The notes beneath the pieces were generated by a model that was not told the DNA's origin, did not search any database, and saw only the letters and a list, made by a program, of their open reading frames with translations. The position numbers were made by a program, and so were the translations under genes. 64,000 bases of DNA, taken from NCBI RefSeq assembly GCF_003918875.1, contig NW_025765647.1, positions 1,426,001 through 1,490,000 on the forward strand, read 5' to 3'. Positions 48,904 to 61,080 of this stretch are shown piece after piece; within the stretch, counting starts at the first letter, position 1, and each line of letters begins with the position of its first letter. The DNA is from Haliotis rubra. Lineage: Eukaryota.

Positions 48904-51900
48904 TCATGTGAGATACTTCTGGAATAAGATCAGCATCTCATCATCCTCGTTCTCCCTGGCGTCCTCCATGATGGTGAGGCCATCGCTATTGGGGATGTTT
49001 CTGTTGGCCCCTGCCCTTAGCAACAGGTCGATGATGTCCTCGCTGCTGTTGGTGTAAGCATGCCATAGCGCTGTCCATCCATCTGTATCCTGGATGTTCA
49101 CATCTGCGTTGTACTGCACAGAACAGAGAAACTGTTTCAGCTTTTCTATGAATGAGTTGGATTCAATGCCACTTTGAACAATTCTTCAGTCATATCACAA
49201 CCAGACAGATAATTAGAGAATAACAAAGAAGCTATGAAATACACAATGCCATTTTAGAAAGTGGTCAAATGTAACATATGTTATATTTGGGATTACACTT
49301 TCTTAGTAAAGTACAGATTCTAGTACTTTTTGGGTTGAGTCCCATCCGGGATTCGAACCCGCACCCTCAGAGTCAGGCACCTAATCGCCAGCACACAAAG
49401 TCAGACGCATAGACCGCTCAGCCACCGCGGCTTCCACGGTGTAGAATCTGTACTTTACTAAGAAAGTGTAATCCCAAATATAACATGTAACAAAAGAGCT
49501 CCTCAGAATTACAGATTATCTGTGCCGAGTGAATGATTGGTGCTAATCTTGAGCCTTTGGCGATGGACTTACAGCGCTGTTCACGAGGGACAGAAAAGTA
49601 TGAGTTTGAGTAGGTTATTCTACATGTTAACCATTGACATTTCTTTTTACATTGGCTCCTCATGGTGAAGGCCAAATTTTATACCCCATGTAGTTGTAGC
49701 AGCCATTGAAGTTCCATGCAGGATTCAAACCATGGACCTTCTGATCTGATGCTTTGTCCACATGACCAAAGAGGTTAACTGACTCAGCAAGCTGTGGGAT
49801 GACCCCTTACTACACAGTGATACTGCTGGAAATTGGCTAAAATCAGTGTACAACCACACTCATCCACACACCACTACAGCTTATTAATAATTCACATGTT
49901 TGACAGATTGTAAGTTAGACCTTGTAATCATTTAACAACCCAAGATTATAAAAAGTGTAATCCCAAATATAACATATGTTACATTTGACCACTGTCTAAA
50001 ATGGCATTGTGTACAACCTAGATTAGACCCATTTACTGTTGTGACAATCTGTGCTACACAGTTGATAGGGTGGAAATCTGCTAGAGGCAGTGTACAACCA
50101 CACTCATCACCCATTTGATATTGTGCATTTTGGAACTTTCTCCAATTAAGGAACATAGCTTAGAAACTTTACTTTTAAAAGAATCTTCACAACATCCTGG
50201 TGTTCGTTGCTTGCTGCAGCAATAAGTGATGTCTGCCCATCATCCTCACACTGGAAGTTGACGTCTGCTCCTGATGTCACCAACATGGAGGCAATCTTGG
50301 TCAGGCCCTCGGAGCACGCCACATACAGTGGTGACTGTCCGCGCTTATTTTTACAGCTAAGGTCAACTTTCCCTGAGAAACAGAAAATTTTATGAATAAC
50401 TAAATACAAAACTTACATGCTCAATGTTTATGAAAGTGTTAAAGTTATCAGGAGTGCTAAATAAGTTGAACAAAGCGAGAAGCCAATTTGTCTCATATGA
50501 TTTCAGTTCTGCGAGTCAGTGGTTGATTTTCACTGAAATCCTCGGCTTTAGTCTTCTAAGCATGTACAATGATATTGGTACACTTCCATGAAATCATATG
50601 CATGACCCATTGTTCATGCCTTGAAAGATATAACTGAATCTATTTTTTTTAAGTCCCAGGTAAATCTGTGACATACAGATATGCTTTTACCATTCTGGCA
50701 TTTGGTCTGCGGATATCAAATCAAGTCTTTGATTCATATTAAGAACATGACATGAAACTGGTTATGGATAACGAACCTCTTCATTCTTTTCAACATTTCA
50801 GGATTACTTCTTGCCCCTTTACCAGGTGATTCAGAGAGACAAAGGAACTTTTTACCCATGAAAGGTTACCTGTTTCCACCTTCTATGTGAGATTACGAGT
50901 ATTTACATTACCTTCATTTATCAGGACGCTGACCAGCTTGGTGCTGCCTTTCTCCACAGCAACATGGAGTGGTACCTCTCCATCAGATAATGCGAGGTTA
51001 CCATCAATGCCCTTCTTCAGCAATAATTCACACACCTAAAAGTCAGAAAAGACGTCGTCTTCATACAAGCAACTCCAAATATATTTGGCTATGGTGATTT
51101 ATTATGCATTTATTATACAAATATGCACCTTAGGTTGAGCTTTGTATACTTATCCCTTTATAAGATGAGTATAATCATATGATTCAGTCTAAGGAATCTT
51201 ACTTTTGCCTGATTCTTTTTGACAGCATTCTCAAATGGTGCCAGATTGTTGTTGTCATGGTAATTGATGTCACAGCCTTCCTCAATTAGAAATAACGCCA
51301 CTGCTTCATTTCCTGGGGACACAAATCTGAACATAGTAGTACAACACAGGGAAAAGACATGTTGCTAATGCGAAAGAACAGTCATTTGACCCCCAATAAC
51401 TTTCTACTCAATAATCAATGATACAAACAATATTTACTCATGGGTTATGACAAGTTTCCCTTTTTTCATGCTTAATTTTGAACACTGTTGAGAGTTTCTA
51501 CAAAATGTTCTTCGTACAACACAAATTGCGAGCTTCAATATGTTCAGTTTCAAAACTCTTTTACTCATTACCCGTGAAGATCCAGGTTAGAACTGGTCTT
51601 CAGCAACAAATGCTGTAAGAGGCAACTAACTGGATTGGGATGTCAACTTGGTTGACACATGACACTGTATAGATCGATGCTCATGATGCATTACTGGATT
51701 GGACCATCTCCTGGTTTCGTGGTTTGGGACTGTCGCGGAGGATCCCCAACCGGTCACACCGCGTTAAAATATGGTACTTGGTCCCTGCCTGGCCGGCATT
51801 AATGGGTACAACAAGGACTGTCGGCTCTCGAGTCAGTATAATCTGAGTGGGGTATTCATGCATGGTATCCCAGTGGCTGCACTATAAAACCAGCTTAGTC

Positions 51901-52191
51901 TGGGCTATTGCATACACATACACACACTGCATCCATAGCAAAATATTCTCAAGCACGATGTTAAACCCAATTTCACCTCACCTCATTATTTGGATTGACT
52001 GACAGACCACCACCACAATAGCTTTTATGCATCATAGGACATGAACACCTACCAGCATCAATTGCTTGCTGCAGTGGTGTCCATCCATAGTAGATGCAAT
52101 TGATTTTGGCTCCTTTCAGGAGCAAAGACTGAATCTGTAGCAGTTGACCACCCCTCACGGCATTATGTAAGTCTTGTTCCAAGGTAGACAT
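48904..52191 (-). CDS. Ankyrin-repeat protein, 260 aa; exons 52191-52053, 51312-51203, 51035-50912, 50372-50173, 49113-48904
   Basis: Ankyrin motifs GWTPLQQAI, LAPFENAV, GEVPLHVAV, GQSPLYVAC, GQTSLIAAA, GWTALWHA. All introns are GT-AG with compatible phases (1,0,1,0); total 783 nt. Confidence 0.93.
49240..50013 (-). mobile_element. tRNA-like (A/B-box) unit at 49323-49441 enclosed by nested inverted repeats
   Basis: Minus strand TGGCTGAGCGG ... GGTTCGAATCC; perfect 45-bp IR 49278-49322 / 49442-49486; 62-bp IR with 1 mismatch 49240-49301 / 49952-50013. Confidence 0.7.
51570..51985 (+). mobile_element. Adjacent SINEs: family 2 5' part (~51570-51710) and family 3 (~51712-51985)
   Basis: acccgtgaagatccaggttagaactggtcttcagcaac (reverse complement of the 31253 copy end), then ttaaaatatggtacttgg...gcactataaaaccagc...(cacct)n tail. 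Confidence 0.75.
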
Positions 52192-52387
52192 GATACTGAT
52201 TTGTAGTCCTTCTGTCTAGTTCATTGTGGGCTGTTTGTGAAAAAGAACATCACTTATTTAGTTCTCATTTTATATGTGATCAGTGTTACGCATTCAGGGA
52301 ATTAGTGAAGCTTCTAAAGGTTAATAGAAGATGTGGAAACATATACAAATATCAGTGACCAAAGTTATGTTTGATGAGGCTTCTTAT

Positions 52388-52985
52388 TAGTGCTGGTAAC
52401 GGCATGCAACCTGAGAGTCGATACATCACGTTAATACAATTTTTGTCACAACGATATATTGCCAAAATATTGTGCACTTAAGCTGCGATACAATACGAAT
52501 CCCGATACAAGGGTGGTGATACGATACGTAACACGATACTAAAGTCTTTAATTCTAACACCAACTATAAAACACCTCATGATCAAAACGAAACCAATCTT
52601 ACAGTATTTCGTCAAATTCCGCCAGCATTGTTCAATGTGCATTCGGAAACGAGATAATTAAGTTTATACACTGACTTTGTGAATGTTGATTACATGTGAG
52701 CGTTATGTCTGACACAGTTCTTGACGCAAGAATTTCTGAGAAAATGTTTAATTATGAATTGGAAATAAGTAAGCATATATTTTAATCACCAAACAAAAGT
52801 AAGGCATTTTTCTTGAGAGATATCGCGATACGGCAATATTCAAAGTTAAACATTGATGTATCGTGGCCCATTTGACATAGTATCGTATCAGGATATCCGA
52901 CAACGTAAAAGTTTGTATCGATTCACTGTATCAGCGGCCCATGGATCGATGCATCGATGCATATCGATGAATCGTCTCACCACTA
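52388..52985. mobile_element. hAT-type MITE (~600 bp) with CGATA-rich subterminal repeats
   Basis: TAGTG...CACTA termini; TSD cttcttat / cttcctat (7/8). Confidence 0.8.
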
Positions 52986-53973
52986 CTTCCTATATTTAGG
53001 GGGCACAGGTGACTCAGTTGTCTAAAGTGAAGCAGGATCATGTGCAGAGTTGCATCCCTTGGGAAAGCCAGCTGTCTTTTGTGGTCAAATCTGGTGTTGC
53101 CTTAATTAATGTATTTGTTTTTTCAGGGAGCATACCGTCACCAAAAGAGGAAAATGTCTGATCATGAGACTTGTTTAGGGATATAATCCAACATTATGCG
53201 GAAATACTGTGATATAACAGGAATACTATGGCGATAAATGTAACTCACTCACTGCCTATTTTAAGTGGGTTTTTTAACTTGCACCATATATTCCCAGTTT
53301 GTGAACGAACATCTGCTATAGTATCACTATTTTCAAGATTGATAACATATGCTTTGAATTAAATTGATTTGTAAAGATGTTTCCAGAATTGTTCTCAACA
53401 ATAATTTTCCGAACTCCTCGTTTTTCCTCGTTGATCGTTGCTCAGGTAACGACCACGGTCAAAACAGGCTAACTACGGCCTAAAACAATATCGATCACTC
53501 ACTCAATCTGCCGAAGGCATGGCCGATTATTCTGGGTTAGTACGATTTCATTGCTAATGCCCGTACAGTAGGCATACACATTTGACATGTATCTATCTGT
53601 TATTGTATCAAGCTACACTTACGGCTGTAAAGAAAGTTCAGAGGCCTAATTCCTTGCTACCTTCTGTGCTGTTCTGAAACACGGAGCATCAACAATCAAC
53701 ACATCATGACAGAGCGTGTTTACGAAGGGAGCTAACTCTCGCTGTCGCAGTTGAGCTCACCACACAGGCACAGCTCCTAACCGCACTTTACTCGTAATGA
53801 GAAAACAGCACATGTGGGTGTCATGTCTGGCGTTTTCAGTTTTGGCTATGAATATATTAATTTGATATAGCTTCACAACATTGCTTTTGTTATTCATAAC
53901 TCCACGGGTGATTAGGATAACCATGTTTTTTTCCTAAATTTAAAAAAAGAAAAGAAATTACTATAGGTGATAA

Positions 53974-54012
53974 CAGAGACCATATAATATAATATTTATT
54001 ATATGGTCTCTG
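53974..54012. mobile_element. 39-bp hairpin micro-MITE
   Basis: CAGAGACCATATAAT...ATTATATGGTCTCTG with a perfect 7-bp TSD gtgataa. Confidence 0.75.
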
Positions 54013-54157
54013 GTGATAACGATTGTTGAATAACTTGCTACAAGGGGTAACGTATATTCTGTATATAGTTAAATAACCTGATATTAAAGTTTTTTTCTAA
54101 GAAACCAGACAGTTTAAGACCATTCTCCTTAAAATCAGAAGTTTTAAAAGTCAAACT

Positions 54158-54708
54158 GCGGCATGGTATCTCAGTGGGCTAGCACTATAAAACCAGCTTC
54201 AGTCTGGGCTTGTACAAGCAGCCGCACGTACACATACACATACACACGCATGCACGTTGTCATATGAGCGAAATATTCTCAAGCACAACGTTAAACCCAA
54301 TTTCACCTCACCTCATATGGAAATGTAAGTGCAATTCCATGATCCCAGAGGAGTGGTGGAGTAGCAAAGTGATTAAAGCATTCGCTCGTAACGCGGAAGA
54401 CCCGGCTTCAATTCCCATTTTGGTTACAATGTGTGCAGCCCATTTCTGGTGTGGATATTGCTAGAAAATTGCTAAAAGCGGCGTAAAACAAAACTCATTC
54501 GCTCACTCACTCCATGATCCTAGGACATTATGCTTCTTCATTCTTGTGTAGCCAAAGAGTGAGTGAGTGTGTTTAGTTTTACGCCACACTCAGCAATGTA
54601 AATAATTGAGTCTGGACCAGACAATCCAGTGATCAACAGCATGAGCATCAATCTGTGCAATTGGGATACGGAGGCATGTGACAAGCATGGATTACTGAAG
54701 ACCAATTC
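54158..54708. mobile_element. SINE cluster: family 3 tail (54158-54315, +), family 1 (54349-54510, +), family 2 (54557-54708, -)
   Basis: Family similarity; direct repeats tccatgatcc (54336/54511) and tgtgtagcca (54545/54709). Confidence 0.8.
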
Positions 54709-55805
54709 TGTGTAGCCAGTAGACCAGATTATTCAAACAGATGTTTCAGGTGAATTTTCGTTTTTTAATTCTTCGCCAAACTGCTTCTCATATCCTGGAA
54801 TGGTGGAACATCTTGAAGGTTTTTGGTACTATATTTCTTCTTCAGACTTTCAGACTTATTCCTATGCCTCACCAGGTACACTTGCTTGACTTGTTAGTCA
54901 GAGAAAACTGACAATTTTATAACTGTTCATAAGTCAAGCCTAAGAAATAATATTTTAGAATATATTTATATCGAGTCTTGTCCACAATATTGGTTAATCT
55001 TCCATGGTTTAATGTGACATTTTCAATTAGTTGTAAAAGACCTTTCTTCCATCACTCCCACCTAATCAAAGGGAGGTAACTCTAAGTATATTTTCCGCCA
55101 TGTCTGGGAGACTGGCCCCACTTCCAGAATGTTGTGTGTCTTGAGCCATGAAGTTTGACACTCTGAGTCATGTTGCTCATATCTTTTTCAGTGTCATTTA
55201 AAAACATATATGAAGAAAGTGTTTACAATGAGGAGAGTAAATCCAGGAAAAGCTGAATGGTTGATGATAAGTGTGGTGTGTATGTGGTATAAGTTAAGTA
55301 TCTGTTTTACTCAAATTTCAAGGTATTCCTGATAATTTTTCATGATGAAGTGTTAATACAAACATATTAACATACTTTTTTTCTGAAATAAGTTGTGTTT
55401 TAATACTGGAACAAGAAATGGGGAAATTCATACTGAAGTTCATTTGGGGAATCCTACTTCATATGTATTTTGGAATCAAATGGAAGGAGGCTGGTGTATT
55501 ACAAGGCATTTCTACTTCGAAAATCATAGGAATCACCAGAAAAACACAAAACAATTTCACTTGTTTTTGACCTGAACAGTTAACTGACTGAACAATTAAT
55601 CAATTAACTTCTTTGTGTATTTTATATTTGTCTCCTCACAGACAAGTAACACATATCAGGCGAACAGCCACATAATAATTATTTCAGTCCAAATTCAAGT
55701 TACAGGTTCAGCAAGATGATATCCAGTGGCAGTAAGTATATATGTTGTGGAACGATGATGTCCATGTTTCTTGATTCAAATTTCAATCTTCCCTGTGTGA
55801 ATATG

Positions 55806-55835
55806 CAGAGACCATATACCGATATATGGTCTTTG
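55806..55835. mobile_element. 30-bp hairpin micro-MITE
   Basis: CAGAGACCATATA...TATATGGTCTTTG; flanks gaatatg / gaataaa (5/7). Confidence 0.6.
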
Positions 55836-58800
55836 GAATAAATAATCATATAAGATATGTACATGGTACAGTCAGCATGTTTTCTTGACATGAAAGGATG
55901 GGGTTTCTAAATTATGTACGATGTAAGTCCAATTGACTTGAACTGCATTAAATTCTATTGATATCATTTTAGTTGTTTATTATCGACTCCACAAGATAAA
56001 GATAAAAAATTAATGTGGTCTAGCAAACAATGCAGGTGAGTGGGGGAATATTCTGAAATATTGTGAAAACTAAATTGTTAAGAAATGTCTTGTCATGGAG
56101 CATAAATGTGACACTTATTGAAGTAAAGTAATACTTGTGTTATTCTAACACGTTTGACAGTATGATTTCAATATATATATATATATATTATGACAGTTTA
56201 AAATTAAAACTCTTACCTTTCAAACAAAGAAAATGTCTATTCAACCTGAAAAGAACTTCAAACTCTTGAGGCACCTTCTGGTAAGTGAGTAGAAAGGTGG
56301 ATGGCACAGATATGACCAATGTTCGTGCATGGAGTTCGAGAGACTAATGTGAGACTGAGATCCGAACTCCCCACATTTTATATTTCGTACAATATTGGGG
56401 TACAAGGCACAACACATTTGAATACTCTTTATTTAAACCTGTGTTCAGACAGACAGCTATTTGAAACACAGACGTGCTCTTGTTCAGTTTAGATCGAGGT
56501 TTCATAAACTACGAAAGAAACAGGTAGGCATATTGGAGAGGCTAGGATAGAGTTTATAATATCTGTAAACTGTTATGTATAAAAGATGAATATCACTACT
56601 GGTTTATTTGTCATAAACGTCACGCATTGTGACGTGTGTACATCCCTTCACTACTTTTATGAATATCCATAAATTTGATATGCTTCTGAAGCATCAAATG
56701 CAAGCAAGCGGCTTGAAACATTTGTCAGTTTATACACACTAGTCTATGTTACTGAAACAGTTTATAAATATTACAATTTACTTTCTCATATGCGTAATTC
56801 TCAATATGAAAACCTGGGTCTATGGTCAATATTACTTCCTGAAATGAACCATTTGATTAATGGAAAATTGAAAACATATCACGGGATTACTTGAGGTCCG
56901 TATCTGAACTAAATACACTATATCCATTTGGGCATAGATTAACATACATTTTGACACACCGTCCTGGTCTATTTGCTGACACGAGAGTTACACAAAGCGT
57001 ACAATACAGGCTTTCATCTCGTACAGAAACAAGGCCAACCACTGCTGATGCAATAAAAACATCGTGACGATTGTCTTTTCTCCTCATAAACCTGTCAAAA
57101 ATATACCGCTCGAAGAGAGGTTTCAACGTTCGGTGATTCGTAAAGCTGGCAGATTACTTTAAATTGTCACAACCATATGCGATTGTCTGGACTATAGAAT
57201 TTTCGATCTATTCCGACATAATGTCATTCCGACCTGTGTTGACGTGGAGTACAAGTTGATGTTATACAAAACAGGTAAGTTAGTGACTTTATATATATTT
57301 TTTTATTTATCATTACATAATGAATAATCCTCCATGTTTGCATCCCTTGTGATGAAAGAATCACCGTCAGTCATTGTCCCGCTAAACTGTATAGAATGTT
57401 CCAACATAAGGTATTCATATTTCATTTTCAAAACAATCAAGGCTATACTGTAGAATATGTGTTATTTCAATATATGCCTAAATTTCCCTACAATCGCCAT
57501 TGGCTGAGGGGATGGTGTAAATGCGGCTTGTGTCCATGCAAGGTAGCCAAAGTATTGTAAGTTTCCATGGGCCCTAGTACGGTAATCTGACAATCTGTAG
57601 CCTGAGTTATATATTGTATCGTCATGTATAGTTAAATTATTATGGAATGAATTACTAGTTTGATTAATATCTGTGATAATCTAGTTGTTTTACTGTTGTT
57701 GTTTTTCCCCACCTATTCTTGTTTTAGTTACGATATGGGTGACATAGTGTTAAACTGACTTTTAAATTTTAACTCACTCACATAATTCATAACAGATTAT
57801 GAGTAATAGCAATAGATGTATTCGTCTGTCACAGACACGAAGCGAACTACTGTTGATGCCCACTCACTAACTCACTCACTCAGTGTTGACACAGGTATTC
57901 ACAGAGCATACAATAACAGACCTTCATCTCCCCACAGACGCAAATCTAGTGTAAAAAAAAAATGTATCGGGTTTATGTTTATAATCTATACAATAACAGA
58001 AACGTTGTCCATGTCTAAAACATATGAACTGAGAGCAATTAAGCATCTCCATCTATTCAGACAGGGACATTTACATAAAATTCTCTCCCTATGGAACACG
58101 GCAGAATAGAGCCAGTATCTTGCTTCGGCGAAATAGTCCTGGACCTACTCTCGGGAACGACATCCATAATGACATCTCATTCCCTGGGAACTGAACTAAT
58201 ATGAAATGCAAGCTATATTTGTTATAACAATACATATAGTTAACTAGACTCAGGGCATATGTAACATTCATGTAAAACAATAATAAGACACATCCCTCGA
58301 ACCATTCATATTCAGGTATATTCCATCCGACAACTTGGGGGGTAATACTTCAGCAACACAGCACGAAGATTTTCATCGTTAAAATATAAGTTGCGGATGA
58401 GAATGTCCTGTATCCACCCTCCCAAGACATCATATATTATGTTATCTATGAAAGTGAACTGGTCATCCAAAGAATGCATTATTGAAATACATCAATCCAC
58501 AGTGGTTATTGACAGAAAAACTACTTGCACTGCAGCGGTGCTAATGTATTGTTCAAAGAGGGTGTTCATGTTTTATAGTGGTTACTTAACTGAAGCAAAG
58601 TACAATAAACGTATTTTTGCCCCTTCTAAACCCGTTCAAAAAATACAGGTTCAGCGATCGGCGGTTCACTTGCGATTAGTTCCGTATCCGTCCTCGAGGA
58701 TCCCGTCATCCGTCGATTTTAAAAAAAAGGAAAGAAAAAGGCGATAGGACTGTCGCGATAACGTCGTTATATCCGAGGATAAAACGTCACGATTCGAGGA

Positions 58801-58954
58801 AGTCATTCAAATAGAATAGAGCGACTGTCGACTCTCCTCAGCAACTATTGTGCGTCAACAAATACGAGCTTCGTCTTTTGATGTCTGGGATAATAAAACG
58901 TCACGCCCGTGCCGGGTTGATCGGGAGGTCGTTCTGTATTAACTTATACACTAT

Positions 58955-59165
58955 ATGGAGACATTGAAGACCCGGGTAAACGTAGAATTGACCTTTGGCA
59001 ACCCCTGCTTGTCGTACGAGGAGACTAATTGGATCGGGTGGTCAGGCACCCTGACTTGGTTGACACATGTCATGGTTTCCCAATGGCGTAGATCGATGCT
59101 CTTGCTGTTGATCACTTGATTGTCTGGTTAAGACTCGAATATTACAGGCCGACGCCATATGGATG
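58955..59165 (+). mobile_element. SINE family 2 lacking its tail
   Basis: gaagacccggg...cttgtcgt...ggatcgggtggtcagg...gacttggttgacacatgtcat...gatcgatgctc. Confidence 0.7.
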
Positions 59166-59785
59166 GGAGTGCAACAGACACACAAAAGACCGGTTAGTGT
59201 AGATTTGTCTCACACAGGGCGTGTCTCATGACCGAGACATAATAATACACTTTACCTACACATCAACATGATAAACACACCAGGAATGTGTGGTAATATA
59301 TGGTCAGTTGAGCATGAAGACCATCTACATGTTTTTGAGTGATGGTATTTTTCTTTGACCTGTAAACAAATAGACCAACTGCGAGTAAAGTCTATTCAAT
59401 GATGTCACTATCAGGCGATTTCGAATACAAAATAAATATCAGACATATATTATCTTTCCTTCAGTTTCAAATAAGCCATGCAATGGGTTCTCAGACGGTT
59501 GCTCTTACTTGTGTTTCCAGAACACGAGTAATCGAGCGAACGCAACCACGTCGTCTATTTTTAGATATGACATGGGGAGATTCCCTTGTGCGGAATTCAA
59601 CTTGACTGCGGGGACAAACCGACATGGACAAGGAACATATGAGGCATCGTATCAACTTGACGTAACAGTATTATAAGGTATGTTCATTAGATATGATTAA
59701 AATCAACATAGTATGTTTGTTTCATATGCTTTTACGCAATAACCCGGAAGTTGAGTTTCAAAATTCATATCATCATGCATGTGGA

Positions 59786-59818
59786 CAGAGACCATATAAT
59801 AGTATTATATGGTCTCTG
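59786..59818. mobile_element. 33-bp hairpin micro-MITE
   Basis: CAGAGACCATATAATA G TATTATATGGTCTCTG; flanks atgtgga / atgtgca (6/7). Confidence 0.7.
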
Positions 59819-60600
59819 ATGTGCATTACGATCTTGACCAAAGTGATGCATTGTAAAGTTATTTTAGTGATTAAGTCATTTAACTGACTAACTTTTGTCC
59901 ATACTCGCTATGTTTGGGATAACGTGAGTTAATTTGTTTAGTTATAATACGCATGCAATGTTTACGATAATATTGATTATGACTTATTTAATCTGACAGT
60001 GTTTCAAGACTTGATCTAGTTATATAGAAATATTTAAGGACTTGACTCAAATAAAAATACGAATGGAACCCACAGCCTCCCATAGAAAATATTAAGCTTG
60101 AAGCCTGCCAAGGATTAAGAAACTGCGTAGAGCACATTATAGAGGGATTTCAGTACTGCCGGCGGAAATGGAAAGCTTTCCTTTTATAAATATAGAAACG
60201 TTCCTAATTTATGGCTAAGGTGTGTGGGGGTGGGAGGGCAGGGGCAGGGACATTGTTGTTAAAGTGAATAAAGTGAAGATCATACAGGGGGGGTGGGTGG
60301 GGGGGGGTGGGTACTATAGTGCCTGTGGATAACATATTAATTGTAATGCTTAGAATGTTGTTTCCTGCTTTCAGTGCTAGCACCAATAACAAAAGTACAA
60401 AGAATATTTGATATAAAAGACAGAATGGAGGAAACAATACCGATATCATGAACTGGCGGAATTGATGAACTGTCTTTTTGGTCACTGCTATTTATTGTGT
60501 ATTTTAGTTGAAGTATGAATAAGGAATAACAGGGCATGAAACTTAAAAAACAAACTAGCATCAAGGTACCGGTATATATATTGTCAGTGACAGGGTCTTG

Positions 60601-60835
60601 CAGGGGTGGAAATAACCCGACGTCCGAGTCCAGTGGTTTTTTTTTGTCGGGCAAGCACATTTGTACATCACGCTGTACCAGTGTCCAGTTGACATTCCAA
60701 TGTTAATTATGTTGTTTATTTAAAAAATCACCAAGAAAATCGGCCAGTATAGCGGAACAATTATCAGGACAAGTGATTTTACATGTGCCACTGTACCGGA
60801 GTACACTAGTGATTTTAAAGTTATTTCCACCCCTG
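60601..60835. mobile_element. hAT-like MITE
   Basis: 16-bp perfect TIRs CAGGGGTGGAAATAAC / GTTATTTCCACCCCTG; 5-bp duplication tcttg. Confidence 0.8.
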
Positions 60836-60850
60836 TCTTGCTAAGATACT

Positions 60851-60962
60851 TTGCTGTGATATATCTCCCATGTTGAGCGAGGAAATTCTAATCATGATCT
60901 CCACTCCAGACAGATGCAGACTCAAAAGGCTTTAGATATGTCACATACTCAGCCTTCAACCA
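60851..60962 (+). pseudogene. Displaced ~110-bp copy of the F-box gene coding sequence (61797-61907)
   Basis: atctcccatgttgagcgaggaaattcta...ccagacagatgca...tcagccttcaacca is shared between the two sites. Confidence 0.85.
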
Positions 60963-61080
60963 AGGTACCAAAATTAGTGGTACGTCCCTTTGACCTTGTG
61001 GTTACCATAGTTTACTGTATTTGTAAATCTTCGAATATTTATTTCAGTGCTGGCGCCAGAACCAAGACAAAGGAAAGAAC

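Noticed and set aside
56030-58400. Isolated strong donor-like sites (~56036, 56281, 57274) and short ORFs
   Set aside because: No coherent exon chain or recognisable protein could be assembled.
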